Assembly (NCBI GenBank): GCA_022865485.1
Contig: JALHSZ010000010.1
Span: 4,328 to 68,327 of the forward strand
Source of the DNA: Dehalococcoidales bacterium
GTDB taxonomy: Bacteria; Chloroflexota; Dehalococcoidia; Dehalococcoidales; BS750m-G39
Reading direction: 5' to 3'
DNA length: 64,000 nt
Position 1 is the first letter of the stretch, and the number at the start of each line of letters is the position of its first letter. Positions 9,448 to 20,675 of the stretch are shown here, in pieces. The notes beneath the pieces were generated by a model. The model was not told where the DNA came from. It worked only from the letters and a program-made list of their open reading frames with translations, and searched no databases. Position numbers and translations under genes: made by a program.

Positions 9448-10665
9448 TTATTCTTCTTCCAGCTCAAAGGCACGGTGTAAGGCTCGGACGGCGTCCTCGA
9501 CCTTATCTTCGCCGATAATGCAGGTGATTCTTATCTCCGAGGTGGAAATAAGCTGGATGTTAATCCCCTTCTCGCTCAAGGTGGAAAACAGGCGGGCGGC
9601 AAAACCGGGCGTATTCTGCATGCCGGTGCCGATAATGCTGACCTTGCCCAGATGAGAGTCGCTGACGCACTCGGTGGCGCCGATTGACTTTGCAATGGGC
9701 TTGACCACCGCCATCGCCTTATCCAGCTGGCTCTTGGCCACGGTAAAGGTCAAATCGGTGATATTATTGATACTGGCGTTCTGCTCGATGGTATCGATAC
9801 TGACGTTGGCTTTAGCTAGCGGCTCGAAGATAGCCGCGGCGATACCCGGATGGTCGGGCACGCCGACCACCGTTATCTTGGCCACATCCAGGTCGTGAGC
9901 GATACCCCGCACCTTATTTCTTAGTTCCATAGACCCCCCTCCATGAATTAGTGTCCCCGGATTATCGTTAAAGCTGGAAGCCACCAGAATAGGTATATGG
10001 AAAAGCTCCCCCAGCTCGACCGCCCGGGGGTGCATTACCTTGGCGCCGTAGGTCGCCAGCTCCAGCATCTCCTCGTAGCCGATTTCGTCCACCTTCCGCG
10101 CCTCAGGAACGAGCCTGGGGTCGGCGGTATAGACCCCCTCCACATCGGTGTATATCTGGCAGGCATCCGCCGCCAGGCTGGCCGCCAGTGCCACGGCGGT
10201 GGTATCGGAGCCCCCCCGCCCCAGCGTGGTGATATCCATCCCCTCGGTAATCCCCTGGAAGCCGGCCACGATGACGATATTGCCCTTGTCCAGCTCGCTG
10301 ACCACCCTCTCCGGGTCAATCCGCTCAATCCGAGCCTGGCTATAGGCGGCGTTTGTCTTTATCCCCGCCTGCCCCCCGGTCAGGCTGATGGCTTCATAGC
10401 CCATTTCCTCCAGCGCCATCGCCAGCAGCGTGCTGGAAACGACCTCCCCCGTGGAAAGGAGAAGGTCGAGCTCGCGGTCGGCGGGGTGGCTGGTCATCTG
10501 GTAGGCTAATTTCAGCAGGTTATCGGTGCTATCCCCCATCGCCGAAACCACCACCACCACCTCGTTGCCCTTATCTTTAGTAGCAGCGATGCGCCGAGCC
10601 ACGTTCTTAATCTTCTCGGCGTCGGCAACCGAACTCCCGCCGTATTTCTGAACGATCAAAGCCAT
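9448..10665 (-). CDS. lysC: Aspartate kinase
   Basis: [20 protein letters not shown]-terminus, a kinase domain, and two C-terminal ACT-like regions. Confidence 0.9.
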   Translation of the reverse strand: MALIVQKYGGSSVADAEKIKNVARRIAATKDKGNEVVVVVSAMGDSTDNLLKLAYQMTSHPADRELDLLLSTGEVVSSTLLAMALEEMGYEAISLTGGQAGIKTNAAYSQARIERIDPERVVSELDKGNIVIVAGFQGITEGMDITTLGRGGSDTTAVALAASLAADACQIYTDVEGVYTADPRLVPEARKVDEIGYEEMLELATYGAKVMHPRAVELGELFHIPILVASSFNDNPGTLIHGGGSMELRNKVRGIAHDLDVAKITVVGVPDHPGIAAAIFEPLAKANVSIDTIEQNASINNITDLTFTVAKSQLDKAMAVVKPIAKSIGATECVSDSHLGKVSIIGTGMQNTPGFAARLFSTLSEKGINIQLISTSEIRITCIIGEDKVEDAVRALHRAFELEEE

Positions 10666-10668
10666 CTT

Positions 10669-11856
10669 CTAATCCTCAATCAACTTCCCCATTATTTTAT
10701 ACCCATCGGCCACCAAAAGACCAGTGCCCTTTGCCGCCGCCTCACTGTATTCCTTCGCTCCATTTGAGCTAAAGCCTTTTCCCCACAGCAAAAACGGCAC
10801 CGGCTCCGGGCTGTGAGTCCGTATCTCGATGGGGGTGGGGTGATCGGGCATAGCCAGCACCCTTAAATCGTCTTTTTGATAGGAGCGCAGCCGCCCGATA
10901 ACCTCTCTATCTATTCTCTCGACAGCCTCGACCTTGTCATTGATGGAGCCGGCGTGGGCCGCCTCGTCGGGCGCCTCTATATGGACCACCACCAAATCGT
11001 TATCCTCAAGAGCCTTGAGAGCGCCGGCGGCTTGAGCGGCATAGTCGTTGTCCAGCCCGTCGGTGACCCCGGGAATATCAAGGACTTTCATCCCCGCCAT
11101 CTTGCCCAACCCCCTGAGCAGGTCGACGCCGGAGGTCAGGGCGGCACCAAGACCATAGAGCTGCTTGAAGGCGGGCATCTCCGGCACTCTACCGCTCCCC
11201 CAGAAAAGCCAGATGGTGGTGGCGGGCATATCGCCCCGCGATTGTCGACTAAGGTTTATCGGATGACCCTGGAGCACTGCTTCCGAGCGCTTCATCAGCT
11301 CGCGCAGTATTTCGCTGCCCTTACCCTTAGGCAGATACTCAGCCACAGGCTTATCGGGTATATCGTGGGGCGGCGTGCAGTGAGCCGAGAGCGCGTCCTC
11401 ATGCCCCCTGAGCTTTAGTATATTTCGGTAGCTCACGCCCGGATAGAAGTGAATGCTGTCGCTACCCAAGCCATCATTTAGCGCAGCAATTAGCTTTTTT
11501 GCCTCCCCGGTGCTGATATGGCCAGCGCTATAGTCCCACATCCGGCCACCACGAACCCCCACCAGGTTGCAGCGGAAGACGACCTCCCCCTCCCCGATGG
11601 CAATATCCATGGCTCTGGCTTCGATGGCGCTCCGCCCCCGGTAATAAACCTTAGGGTCGTAGCCCAGCACCGACATACAGGCGCAGGCGCTGGACGGCTC
11701 CATCCCCGGGGGCACGGTGCGCGCCAGCCCCACCACCCCTTCCCCCGCCAGGGCGTCGAGGTTGGGGGTCTTAGCCAGCTCCAGGCAGCTCTTGCCTCCC
11801 CGCTCCGGCAGGGGTAAGCCCGCCGCGCCGTCGATTATGACAACACAGTATTTCAT
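10669..11856 (-). CDS. ApgM-family cofactor-independent phosphoglycerate mutase homologue (the family also proposed to be an alternative homoserine kinase)
   Basis: MKYCVVIIDGAAGLPLPERGGKSCLELAKTPNLDALA and VHIEAPDEAAHAG. Start taken at the ATG at 11856 rather than the track start at 11898. Only 3 nt separate it from lysC. Confidence 0.75.
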   Translation of the reverse strand: MKYCVVIIDGAAGLPLPERGGKSCLELAKTPNLDALAGEGVVGLARTVPPGMEPSSACACMSVLGYDPKVYYRGRSAIEARAMDIAIGEGEVVFRCNLVGVRGGRMWDYSAGHISTGEAKKLIAALNDGLGSDSIHFYPGVSYRNILKLRGHEDALSAHCTPPHDIPDKPVAEYLPKGKGSEILRELMKRSEAVLQGHPINLSRQSRGDMPATTIWLFWGSGRVPEMPAFKQLYGLGAALTSGVDLLRGLGKMAGMKVLDIPGVTDGLDNDYAAQAAGALKALEDNDLVVVHIEAPDEAAHAGSINDKVEAVERIDREVIGRLRSYQKDDLRVLAMPDHPTPIEIRTHSPEPVPFLLWGKGFSSNGAKEYSEAAAKGTGLLVADGYKIMGKLIED

Positions 11857-11908
11857 CTTCTTTCCCCAAGCCTTATAAGGGCTGGCACCCCTCCCCACCC
11901 CCCCCGTT

Positions 11909-11937
11909 TTGCAATAGAAGTTAAATCATCCTATAAT
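11909..11937 (+). promoter_or_regulatory. Candidate promoter for tRNA-Pro
   Basis: TTGCAA (11909-11914), 17-nt spacer, TATAAT (11932-11937). It ends 8 nt before the tRNA 5' end. Confidence 0.5.
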
Positions 11938-11945
11938 ATGTCGGA

Positions 11946-12020
11946 CGGGGCGTAGCGCAGTTCGGTTAGCGCGCAGCGTTCGGGACGCTGAGGTCGGTGG
12001 TTCAAATCCACTCGCCCCGA
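11946..12020 (+). tRNA. tRNA-Pro (anticodon CGG), no encoded CCA
   Basis: Hand-folded. Acceptor CGGGGCG/CGCCCCG, D stem GCGC/GCGC, anticodon stem CAGCG/CGCTG, loop TTCGGGA, T arm GGTGG-TTCAAAT-CCACT. Confidence 0.9.
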
Positions 12021-12091
12021 TTTTTATGCTCTTTTTTGCCGCTGATTGCCGTCCATTATAGCACAAAAAAAAGACTAAGGAGGAAGTTTAT

Positions 12092-12640
12092 ATGCAAAAA
12101 ACGGCTAATCCCGGTGCTCTGGGACTGGGGGCGTTCGCCCTGACCACATTTCTCTTGAGTATGGTGAATGCGGAATTCATTGCCCCCGAATCTATCGGCA
12201 TGGTCCTGCCCATGGCGTTCTTCTACGGGGGGCTGGCTCAAGTGCTGGCCGGAATGTGGGAATTCAAGACCGGGAATATCTTCGGTGCCACCTGTTTCAC
12301 CTCTTTCGGAGCCTTCTGGATGGGACTGGCGCTGATGATAGTCCTGGAGACGGCGGGCGTAATCTCGGCGGTGCCGCCGGCCGGATTGGCTGTTTTCCTG
12401 GCGGCCTGGGGCTTCTTCACCCTCTACGCCACCTTCGCCGCCACCAAAGCCCCGAGGGGGCTTCTGGCCCTCTTCATCGCCCTCACCATAACCTTCTTCT
12501 TACTGGCGGGGGGCGAGTACGTTTCCGGCTTAAAGCTGGCGGGTGGCTACCTGGGGATTCTGGTGGCTCTAATCGCCTGGTACGACTCGGCGGCGATACT
12601 GATAAACGATATGTTTGGCCGGAAGGTCTTGCCCTTCTAG
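12092..12640 (+). CDS. GPR1/FUN34/YaaH-family acetate/succinate transporter
   Basis: NPGALGLGAFALTTFLLS signature, about six TM helices, SD AAGGAGG upstream. Confidence 0.8.
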   Translation: MQKTANPGALGLGAFALTTFLLSMVNAEFIAPESIGMVLPMAFFYGGLAQVLAGMWEFKTGNIFGATCFTSFGAFWMGLALMIVLETAGVISAVPPAGLAVFLAAWGFFTLYATFAATKAPRGLLALFIALTITFFLLAGGEYVSGLKLAGGYLGILVALIAWYDSAAILINDMFGRKVLPF

Positions 12641-12676
12641 CAGGGACTGGCGCAGTCTGATTTAATACGCAATCTT

Positions 12677-12706
12677 CGGGAGCGGGGCTTTAAACTCCCG
12701 CTCCCG
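12677..12706. terminator. Bidirectional stem-loop between convergent genes
   Basis: Perfect 10-bp stem CGGGAGCGGG / CCCGCTCCCG with a 10-nt loop, between the transporter (+) and the toxin (-). Confidence 0.55.
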
Positions 12707-12709
12707 GCT

Positions 12710-12973
12710 TTACCTTTTGTAGGTATCCTTGGTTCGTCTGGCTACCCGCACCACTGTAACCAGGCGTTCTTTATCGTCTATGTGATATACCACCCGGTAC
12801 TGCCTCACCCTGATGCGCCACAAGCCGCTTGAGGCTAGCTTCTTGACTCTCGGTGGTCTCGGCTCCCGCGCCAAGGCGGAGATGGCCCGGTCAACGGCCT
12901 GATAGTCCCGCCCCGCAATCGCATCCAGCTGCCTCTGGGCTATTCGCCTTAATCTAAGCTGGTAGCTCACCAC
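12710..12973 (-). CDS. RelE/ParE-family type II toxin
   Basis: YQLRLRRIAQRQLDAI...WRIRVRQYRVVYHIDDKERLVTVVRVARR. A GTG start near 12973 overlaps the antitoxin 3' end. The upstream part of the track ORF (to 13030) overlaps the antitoxin. Confidence 0.7.
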   Translation of the reverse strand: MVSYQLRLRRIAQRQLDAIAGRDYQAVDRAISALAREPRPPRVKKLASSGLWRIRVRQYRVVYHIDDKERLVTVVRVARRTKDTYKR

Positions 12974-13199
12974 GGAGTTCCCGCTCTTTTCTCTGTCGCT
13001 GATAGTGTTCCAGGCTAACCGTGCCCTCATCGTCGGCCAGGGCTTTCAGTCCCTCCCGGACGTCCTGCTCGTCTTCCAGTATCTCCAGGGCGGCGTCACG
13101 CAGGAGCTTAGCCATAGAGGTTCGCTGCTCGAAGGCAAGCCGGCGCAGGCTCTCGTGCTGCTCCTCGGTGAGGAAGATAGTGGTTCGCTTCAAAGTCAT
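12954..13199 (-). CDS. Ribbon-helix-helix (CopG-like) antitoxin
   Basis: MTLKRTTIFLTEEQHESLRRLAFEQRTSMAKLLRDAA is an RHH fold pattern. ATG at 13199 with SD AAGAGGTGA. Confidence 0.7.
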   Translation of the reverse strand: MTLKRTTIFLTEEQHESLRRLAFEQRTSMAKLLRDAALEILEDEQDVREGLKALADDEGTVSLEHYQRQRKERELRGELPA

Positions 13200-13223
13200 A
13201 GCCTTCACCTCTTAATGAATGGT

Positions 13224-13253
13224 AACATATAAACATCTATATGTCTATATGTT
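13224..13253. promoter_or_regulatory. Nested palindrome; candidate operator of the TA module
   Basis: AACATATA-N14-TATATGTT with an inner ACAT-CTAT-ATGT palindrome, 25-55 nt upstream of the antitoxin start. Confidence 0.4.
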
Positions 13254-13274
13254 TAAGAGAGCTCGAATCCCCAC

Positions 13275-14072
13275 CTATTTTAATCCCTTTTTCGCCTCCG
13301 CCCACAGGGCGTTCTGCTCGTCGAAGGAAAGCTCGCCGAGCTTCAGCCCCCGCTTACGGCAGAGCTTTTCCATATAGCTGAAGCGCTCGTAAAAACGCTT
13401 ATTGGCTTCTCTAAGCGCCGCCTCCGAGTCTATACCCATCCGCAGCGCGATGTTGGCCAGCGTAAAGAGCAGGTCGCCGAACTCGCTGGCTTTCTCGGCC
13501 TGGCTCTCCGCCCGCTGGAACTCGCCGACCTCCTCGGCCAGCTTATCGATAATGCCATCGATATCCTCCCAGTCGAAGCCGACATGGGCGGCGCGGCGCT
13601 GTACCTCCTGGCTGTAGCCCAGGGCGGGCATTTCCCCGGGCACGCTCTCCAGTATAGAGGCATCGGGCGCTCTCTCCTCCCCTTTCAGCTCCTCCCAGGT
13701 ATGCATCACCTCTTCGGCGTCCTTGACCTTCCTGGAGCCGAAGATGTGGGGGTGGCGGTGGATGAGCTTGGTGTTGATGCCCTCGATGACCTCCCCCAGC
13801 TCGAACTCGCCGGCTTCGCGGGCAATCTGGGCGTGGAGGACAATCTGCATTAATAAATCGCCCAGCTCGTCGCGCAGCTTCTCGGCATTCCCCTCGTCCA
13901 GCGCCTCCAGCACTTCGTAGCACTCTGAGAGCAGGTTTACCCGCAACGAGGCGTGGGTCTGCTTGCGGTCCCAGGGGCAGCCGTCGGGCGCCCGCAAGGT
14001 AGCGATAATATCAACCAGAGCCGAAAACCGGCTCAAATCTTTAGGTTGGGACAAGGTGGACCTCCTTATCAA
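13275..14072 (-). CDS. mazG: Nucleoside triphosphate pyrophosphohydrolase MazG
   Basis: CPWDRKQTHASLRVNLLSECYEVLEALD, and a tandem MazG-domain length (265 aa). Confidence 0.85.
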   Translation of the reverse strand: MIRRSTLSQPKDLSRFSALVDIIATLRAPDGCPWDRKQTHASLRVNLLSECYEVLEALDEGNAEKLRDELGDLLMQIVLHAQIAREAGEFELGEVIEGINTKLIHRHPHIFGSRKVKDAEEVMHTWEELKGEERAPDASILESVPGEMPALGYSQEVQRRAAHVGFDWEDIDGIIDKLAEEVGEFQRAESQAEKASEFGDLLFTLANIALRMGIDSEAALREANKRFYERFSYMEKLCRKRGLKLGELSFDEQNALWAEAKKGLK

Positions 14073-15004
14073 CTCGATGGCAATACCGCCCCGATAAAGT
14101 CGCGCTGACCTCTTAAGAACTCGGCGGCGGATAGCGCCTGCTTCCCCGCCAGTTGCACCCTTAGGATATCCAGTACGCCCTCGCCGCTGCCGATGCCGAA
14201 GCCCCCCGAGTCCAGCGCCACCACCTCCCCCGCTTTAGCGGGCGTCACCGCAGTTAAGGGCGCCGCCTCGATAATCTTGAGCGTCTTTCCCCGCCAGCGG
14301 GTAAAGCACCCCGGCCAGGGATAAAAAGCCCGCACCCGCCGCCATATCTCAATAGCCGATAACTGCCAGTCGATTTCTCCATCGTCTTTAGCGATGGGTT
14401 TGCAATAAGTCGCCCTGGCTTCATCCTGGGGCTGGGGGCTAAGCTCCCCCCCCATCCACCCCACCAGCACCTCCCCCAGCAGCCCCGCCCCGACTATGGA
14501 GAGCTTTTCGCCAAGCGAGGCGGTGGTGTCTATATCGGCAATCGGTAGCTGCGCCCGGCCCAGCACCGACCCGCTGTCCATGCCTTCATCGAGCAAAATA
14601 ATACTAACCCCGCTGAAGCCGTCGCCGGCTAAAATTGCCGCCGCCACGGGCGAAGCCCCCCGGAATTTAGGCAAAAGCGAGGGGTGGACGTTGAGGCAGC
14701 CCCACCGCGGCAGCTCCAGTACTGGCTTGGGCAGGAGCTGCCCGAAGGCAGCCACCACGATAACGTCCGGCTTAAAGCCGGCCAGCTGCTCAACCGCCCC
14801 GGGCGCTTTCAGGCTTTGGGGCTGCACCACCGTTAATCCCAGAGCCGAGGCAGCCTCTTTCACCGGGGAAGCCGCCAGGCTGCGCCCCCGCCCCCCTATG
14901 CTATCGGGCTGGGTGTAGACCGCCGCCAGCTCATATCCGCTGGACACGAGATATTCCAGGGAGGGGACGGCGAAGCGGGGACTACCCATAAAAACAACTC
15001 TCAA
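14069..15004 (-). CDS. fmt: Methionyl-tRNA formyltransferase
   Basis: MRVVFMGSPRFAVPSLEYL, NVHPSLLPKFRGASP. Confidence 0.9.
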   Translation of the reverse strand: MRVVFMGSPRFAVPSLEYLVSSGYELAAVYTQPDSIGGRGRSLAASPVKEAASALGLTVVQPQSLKAPGAVEQLAGFKPDVIVVAAFGQLLPKPVLELPRWGCLNVHPSLLPKFRGASPVAAAILAGDGFSGVSIILLDEGMDSGSVLGRAQLPIADIDTTASLGEKLSIVGAGLLGEVLVGWMGGELSPQPQDEARATYCKPIAKDDGEIDWQLSAIEIWRRVRAFYPWPGCFTRWRGKTLKIIEAAPLTAVTPAKAGEVVALDSGGFGIGSGEGVLDILRVQLAGKQALSAAEFLRGQRDFIGAVLPSS

Positions 15005-15319
15005 CTTTTGCCTCCACGGGCTAAAATTTTAACACTAAAACTTTTGGACAACAAGTTCCCGTTTTATGGCTATCCCGTCAATATCAAGCGAAAGAACAAG
15101 CCTGACAGACCTTTCAAGGGAACCCAAGCCCCCCAATCCCCTCCCAACCACCCCCAAAAAGTTTGCCATCATCCACCCCTCCCCGCTATTCTATATATCA
15201 CGCCACCAACTTCCTCCCTCGGCCTCTATCGAAACCGCGCTCTTCCCCGACTGCCCGCCGCTGCAGGCTGTTCTGAACAAACCTAAAGCGACTAATCTTA
15301 ACGAGAGGTAAGGAACCGT

Positions 15320-16147
15320 ATGGGAGCTAGTTCAGCTCAAGAAATCTGGGAAGCCGCTTTGGGTGAACTACAGGTTCAGGTCACCCCCTCATACTACCGC
15401 ACCTGGCTGGAAAAGACCACAGGCTTAAGCTACGAAGGCGACCAGTTCGTCGTCGGCGTGGCCAACGCCTTCGTCGCCGAATACCTCAATCAGAATCAGC
15501 GCTCCCTCCTCGAAAAGACCCTCATCGGGCTTACCCGCCCCGACATCAAGGTCCTCTTTCGAGTAGCCTCGGCACGAGAGACCACGGCCTCGGCCCCCAC
15601 CACCCAGCCCGCGGGCAAAGCCCGCTACACCTTCGATTCCTTCGTGGTCAGCAACAGCAACCGCCTGGCTTACGCCGCCGCCCTCAGCGCCGCCGAAAAC
15701 CCCGGGCACGGCTACAACCCGCTCTTCCTCTACGGCGGGGTGGGGCTGGGCAAGACCCACCTGCTGCACGCCATCTACCACGCCGCCCGCGCCAATAATT
15801 TCCACGCCCTCTACGTCAGCGCCGAGCAGTTCACCAACGAGTTCGTCAGCGCCATCAGGGAGAAGAGCACCGAGGAGTTCCGCCACAAGTTCCGCACGGT
15901 TGATATCCTGTTGATAGATGACATCCAGTTCATCAGCGGCAAGGAGCAGACCGAGGAGAGCTTCTTCCACACCTTCAACGAGCTGCACGACGCCAACCGC
16001 CAGATTGTTATGACCAGCGACTGCCCGCCCAAGTCCATGCCCCGCCTCGGCGCCCGCCTCTGCTCCCGCTTCGAGTGGGGGCTGGTAGCTGACATCCAAC
16101 CCCCCGACTTCGAAACCCGCCTGGCCATCCTGCAGGCAAAGGCCTAG
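15320..16147 (+). CDS. dnaA: Chromosomal replication initiator DnaA, N-terminal part (ends at an in-frame TAG)
   Basis: [19 protein letters not shown], Walker A [19 protein letters not shown], ends ...RLAILQAKA*. Confidence 0.9.
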   Translation: [275 protein letters not shown]

Positions 16148-16162
16148 CAGGAAAAGACCGAG

Positions 16163-16627
16163 GTGCCCCGGGAGGTGCTCGAGTTCATCGCCCAGCGCAT
16201 CCAGCAGAACATCCGGGAGCTGGAAGGCTCCCTGCACCGGGCTATCGCCTACGCCCGACTCTTCCGGGCGTTACTCACCCCGGAACTGGCCGCCCGGGCG
16301 CTGGAGGACATCGCCGGCAAGGGGACCAAGAACCCCCTCACCCCCGACAGGGTGATAAAGGCCGTGGCCCAGAGCTTCCAGCTCACCCCCGACGACCTCA
16401 AGGGCCGCAAAAGAGACCGCAACACTGCCCTGGCCCGCCAGCTCGCCATGTACCTGCTCAAGGAGGGCACCAGCTGCTCGCTGGCTCAGATCGGGCTGGA
16501 GTTCGGCAAGCGCGACCACTCCACGGTCACCCACGCCGTCCAGAAGATAGCCGCCGGAATGGACAACGACCCCTACCTGAGGCGAAAGGTCCTCGACATC
16601 CAGCAGGGCTTCTCCCCCACTCAATAA
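16163..16627 (+). CDS. dnaA: DnaA, C-terminal part (same frame as 15320..16147)
   Basis: NIRELEGSL, and domain IV [18 protein letters not shown]...[20 protein letters not shown]. 15320 and 16163 are both congruent to 2 mod 3. Confidence 0.9.
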   Translation: [154 protein letters not shown]

Positions 16628-16891
16628 CCATCTCCCCACCGCTAATCCACCATCGGTAAACAGCCCCCTGCGCCAGAAAAACGGCGTTTGTGGATAATCG
16701 CCCCCGCCCCGTGGAAATCTACCCCACCCCCCAGCTTCAATTTTCCCCCTTTTCGCCAGCCCCTTTCTTCGAGGCTGGTCACCAGCTATAGATGGTATTA
16801 TAATTAGTGTTATTAACTATAGACATCTATTACTTGGTAATATAATCTTAATAAAGCCGGTTAAGATGTTGATAAAACTTTCAGGAGCGCT
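16628..16891. other. Candidate oriC segment (DnaA box plus AT-rich unwinding region)
   Basis: Perfect TGTGGATAA at 16689-16697. Degenerate box TAATCCACC at 16643-16651. Strongly AT-rich 16787-16880 (TATTATAATTAGTGTTATTAACTATAGACATCTATTACTTGGTAATATAATCTTAATAAA). Confidence 0.55.
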
Positions 16892-17938
16892 ATGTTTGAC
16901 CACGCCGAGATAACGGTTAAGGCGGGAGACGGCGGTGATGGCATCGTCAGCTTCCGCCATGAGAAGTTTGTCCCCTTCGGCGGCCCCGACGGCGGCGACG
17001 GCGGCGACGGCGGCGATGTTATTATCCTGGCCGACCGTTCGGCGTCGAGCCTGAAGGCGTTCTGGAGAAAGCGGCAGTTCAAGGCGACTAGCGGCAGGAA
17101 GGGCATGGGCCAGAACAAGCACGGTAAGAATGGGGAAAGCCTGACCCTGACCGTGCCCGCGGGCACCGTGGTCAGCTATAAGGCGCAGGTCGGCGGCGGG
17201 AGCCTCATCGCCGACCTGGACCAGGCTGGCCAGTCGGTGGTGGTAGCTAAAGGTGGCAAGGGGGGCTGGGGCAACGCCCGCTTCGCCAGTTCGACCAACC
17301 AGGCGCCCCAGACCGCCGAGGAGGGGACGGAAGGGAAGGAGCATTCCCTGATTTTAGAGCTCAAGCTTATTGCCGATGTCGGCGTTATCGGCTATCCTAA
17401 TGTGGGCAAGTCGACGCTGCTGGCGGCGGTCTCGGCGGCTAAGCCCCGGATAGCCAGCTACCCCTTCACCACGCTGGAACCGGTGCTGGGAGTGGTCGAG
17501 GTCGGCCGGCTGAGCTTTGTCCTGGCCGAGATTCCCGGGCTGATAGAGGGCGCCCACCTGGGCAAGGGGCTGGGGCACGACTTCCTGCGCCACATTGTGC
17601 GCACCCGGGTGCTCATCCACCTGTTAGACGGCGGCTCGCCCTCGCCCGCGGAGGATATGGCGCAGGTAAACACCGAGCTCAGCCTCTTCGACTCGGCGCT
17701 GGCCCAGAAACCGCAGCTGGTGGCGGTCAACAAGCTCGACCTGCCCCAGGTCAAGGCCCGGCAGGAGGAACTCAGGGAGAGCTTCGTCTCTATCGGCACT
17801 CCTGTCTTTTTCGTCTCGGCGGTCAGCGGCGAGGGCATCCCCGAGCTTATGGCGGCGACGGAGAAAATGCTTCAGTCGGCGCCCAGGCCCGAGCCGGCAA
17901 AGAGAAAAAAGGTTTTCAGGCCTCAGCCTAAACCTTAG
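16892..17938 (+). CDS. obg: GTPase Obg/CgtA
   Basis: MFDHAEITVKAGDGGDGIVSFRHEKF..GGPDGGDGGDGGDV. G1 motif GYPNVGKST. Confidence 0.9.
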   Translation: MFDHAEITVKAGDGGDGIVSFRHEKFVPFGGPDGGDGGDGGDVIILADRSASSLKAFWRKRQFKATSGRKGMGQNKHGKNGESLTLTVPAGTVVSYKAQVGGGSLIADLDQAGQSVVVAKGGKGGWGNARFASSTNQAPQTAEEGTEGKEHSLILELKLIADVGVIGYPNVGKSTLLAAVSAAKPRIASYPFTTLEPVLGVVEVGRLSFVLAEIPGLIEGAHLGKGLGHDFLRHIVRTRVLIHLLDGGSPSPAEDMAQVNTELSLFDSALAQKPQLVAVNKLDLPQVKARQEELRESFVSIGTPVFFVSAVSGEGIPELMAATEKMLQSAPRPEPAKRKKVFRPQPKP

Positions 17939-17965
17939 TCAATCTGGGATTGGAGTAGCCGTAGA

Positions 17966-20520
<2,555 letters not shown>

Positions 20521-20675
20521 TTACTCCGTTATTGGCAGTGAGGGAAGATGAAGAGCTGAGCAGCTTCTGGCTAAAGAAGAAGAGGCTACCCGACTACAGG
20601 CGGTTGCTGATGATTGTAAGGCAGCCATATATATTAATTATAGCATAATCCAGCCGTGAAGTGAAGCTGGGGAAG

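Noticed and set aside
15005-15319. dnaA upstream spacer as the main DnaA-box cluster
   Set aside because: Only degenerate boxes (at least 2 mismatches) are found by eye. The perfect box and the strongest AT-rich tract lie downstream of dnaA. It is kept only as the possible second half of a bipartite origin.
16145-16147. The dnaA TAG read as pyrrolysine or as evidence of a reassigned genetic code
   Set aside because: The HIT, SDR and gyrA genes in the same window end on TAG at positions consistent with normal protein lengths. No pyl genes or suppressor tRNA are visible here. A point mutation or base error is more parsimonious. It is still reported as a finding because it needs read-level checking.
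15425-16237. 270-aa minus-strand ORF covering most of dnaA
   Set aside because: It is the antisense shadow of a GC-rich gene, with a low-complexity Gly/Ala/Leu/Glu-rich translation and no motifs. The plus strand encodes an unmistakable DnaA.
16950-17010. GGPDGGDGGDGGDV glycine/aspartate repeat in Obg as a repeat expansion
   Set aside because: This is the normal glycine-rich Obg-fold N-terminal domain.
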